Shown piece after piece: positions 62,732-64,000 of a DNA stretch of 64,000 nucleotides. Source of the stretch: Raillietiella orientalis (lineage: Eukaryota); NCBI GenBank assembly GCA_036172245.1, contig JAYWIR010000043.1, positions 1,736,001 to 1,800,000 of the forward strand, in the 5' to 3' direction. Below the pieces are notes generated by a model. The model was not told the DNA's origin. It saw only the letters and a list, made by a program, of their open reading frames with translations, and made no database searches. Both the position numbers and the translations under genes were made by a program. Every line of letters starts with the position of its first letter. Position 1 is the first letter of the stretch.

Positions 62732-64000
62732 CACCCAAGTTTCGCCGTGGCGTTTATTAAAAGATGAACTTTACAAGGACGTGCTGCAGGTGGAGCAGTG
62801 CTCCAGACAGTCACGAAGATAAAAGGAGCCGGCAGGGTGACTGGTTCGAAAAACAGCACGGACCACCACGGCTGCAGGGTAAAGGAGGATAAAGACAAAA
62901 GGAAATAAATAAATTGGGAGGGCGCGGGAAAAAGGCACAGTTGATGCTAGGACCGCTGCATCCTTCGCAGGATGTCGGCAAGCTCTTTCTGCATTCCATG
63001 ATAAAGGTGAGGCCATGTGTACTCCTTGAAAAATTGGGCAGCGTGCTGGATGTCAACCTGATCGCGAGTGCCACCCGTTGCCTTGCTGCAAGCGGCGACG
63101 ATCCCGCGAAGGCAGCACAGGGCTGCTGACAAGGCCATATGCGGAAGGGTGTCCGCAACGAAGAGGGCTTTCAACACGTACCTGGGGTTGCCGCAGGGGA
63201 TTGCGATGACTACCGCCAAGCGTAACCAAAGAGGCCGGGGGGCAACACAATCGAGTAAGAAAAGGGGGAGAATCTTTCGTGCCCTGCAGCTAAGACAGTT
63301 GCGATCGTCCGCTGCCCAGGTCCTGTGGTGCTCGCGGGAGTTGCAAAGGAGTCCCCAATGCTGCAAAAGAAGATCCAACCCCTTCCTTTTTGAAAAGGAG
63401 GGTGGAAGTGTTGCTTAGCACCGGTGGCCACTTCAGATATTCAATGGGAACATGGAGCAGAGCCCCCCAGCAGAGAAGTCCATTGGGAGGCGTTCTCGGG
63501 GTCGCAGCGTCTGTTAACTGGCGCGTCTTCCACACTGCCTGCTTCTTCTCCTTGGCGGACATGGCTGCCTTGACCTCCCACTTCGCCGAAACATGGCTGT
63601 CCTATTCTTCCACATGAGAGGGCAACACAGAAGCGAGGGGGTTTCTTCCTGACCACGCTCTCTTCTTCGGCTCCTCCAGGGTCGTGCAACTTCTGCAGCA
63701 CCCAAACAGGAACCTTCGTTCCTGCTGGGCGCGTTGCATGCTGCACTGTGCACACATGGGGAGGGTTACCTGCAACCAGGCACTACCATTCGCGGGTCGA
63801 CAAGTGATCCATGTGTGACTTTTCCGAACCAAGGCTGCCACCCTCCGCAGCTGGAGCCTACATCTCTTGATGCGGCAGCGATGGAGTGAAACAAATTGCG
63901 TGAATCCCGTTTCCTTGGTGGCTTTCTTGACCAGGAGACGTGGAGGATTGCTCCAGGAGCTGCACCACAACTCCGGCACAACGGCCAACTTCGGGAACTG
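62732..64000 (-). mobile_element. Decayed L1/Tx1-like element running off the window end
   Basis: QLTDAATP..PNGLLCWGALL; LLQHWGLLCNSREHHRTW...NCLSC...FLLDCVAPRPLW...AALCCLRGIVAA...WPHL; terminal motif AATAAACGCCACGGCGAAACTTGGGTG at 62732-62758. Confidence 0.88.

Overview
Eukaryotic (metazoan-type) genomic DNA with a mosaic structure. Two AT-rich blocks (about 8.5-22 kb and 41.5-49 kb) carry compact genes with very short GT-AG introns (mostly 39-70 nt): SUGP1/SF4 (+, 18835-20834, 10 exons, 484 aa) and the CAF-1 large subunit CHAF1A (-, about 46076-42864). A GH29 alpha-L-fucosidase (-, 28011-21134, 9 exons, 456 aa) lies tail-to-tail with SUGP1 and crosses the AT/GC boundary. The GC-rich remainder holds many decayed, 5'-truncated L1/Tx1-like non-LTR retrotransposons. 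A decayed hAT transposon appears to be nested in an older LINE relic, and an unclassified GC-rich block with coding-like relics spans about 54.4-62.7 kb. The most notable observation is that nine retroelement 3' ends, on both strands and otherwise diverged, share a 26-nt motif, AATAAA-CGCC-N-CGG-(5 nt)-CCG-GGTG. It folds into a bulged stem-loop directly after the poly(A) signal and is followed by at most about 4 A. All gene models and alignments were done by eye; no database searches were run.
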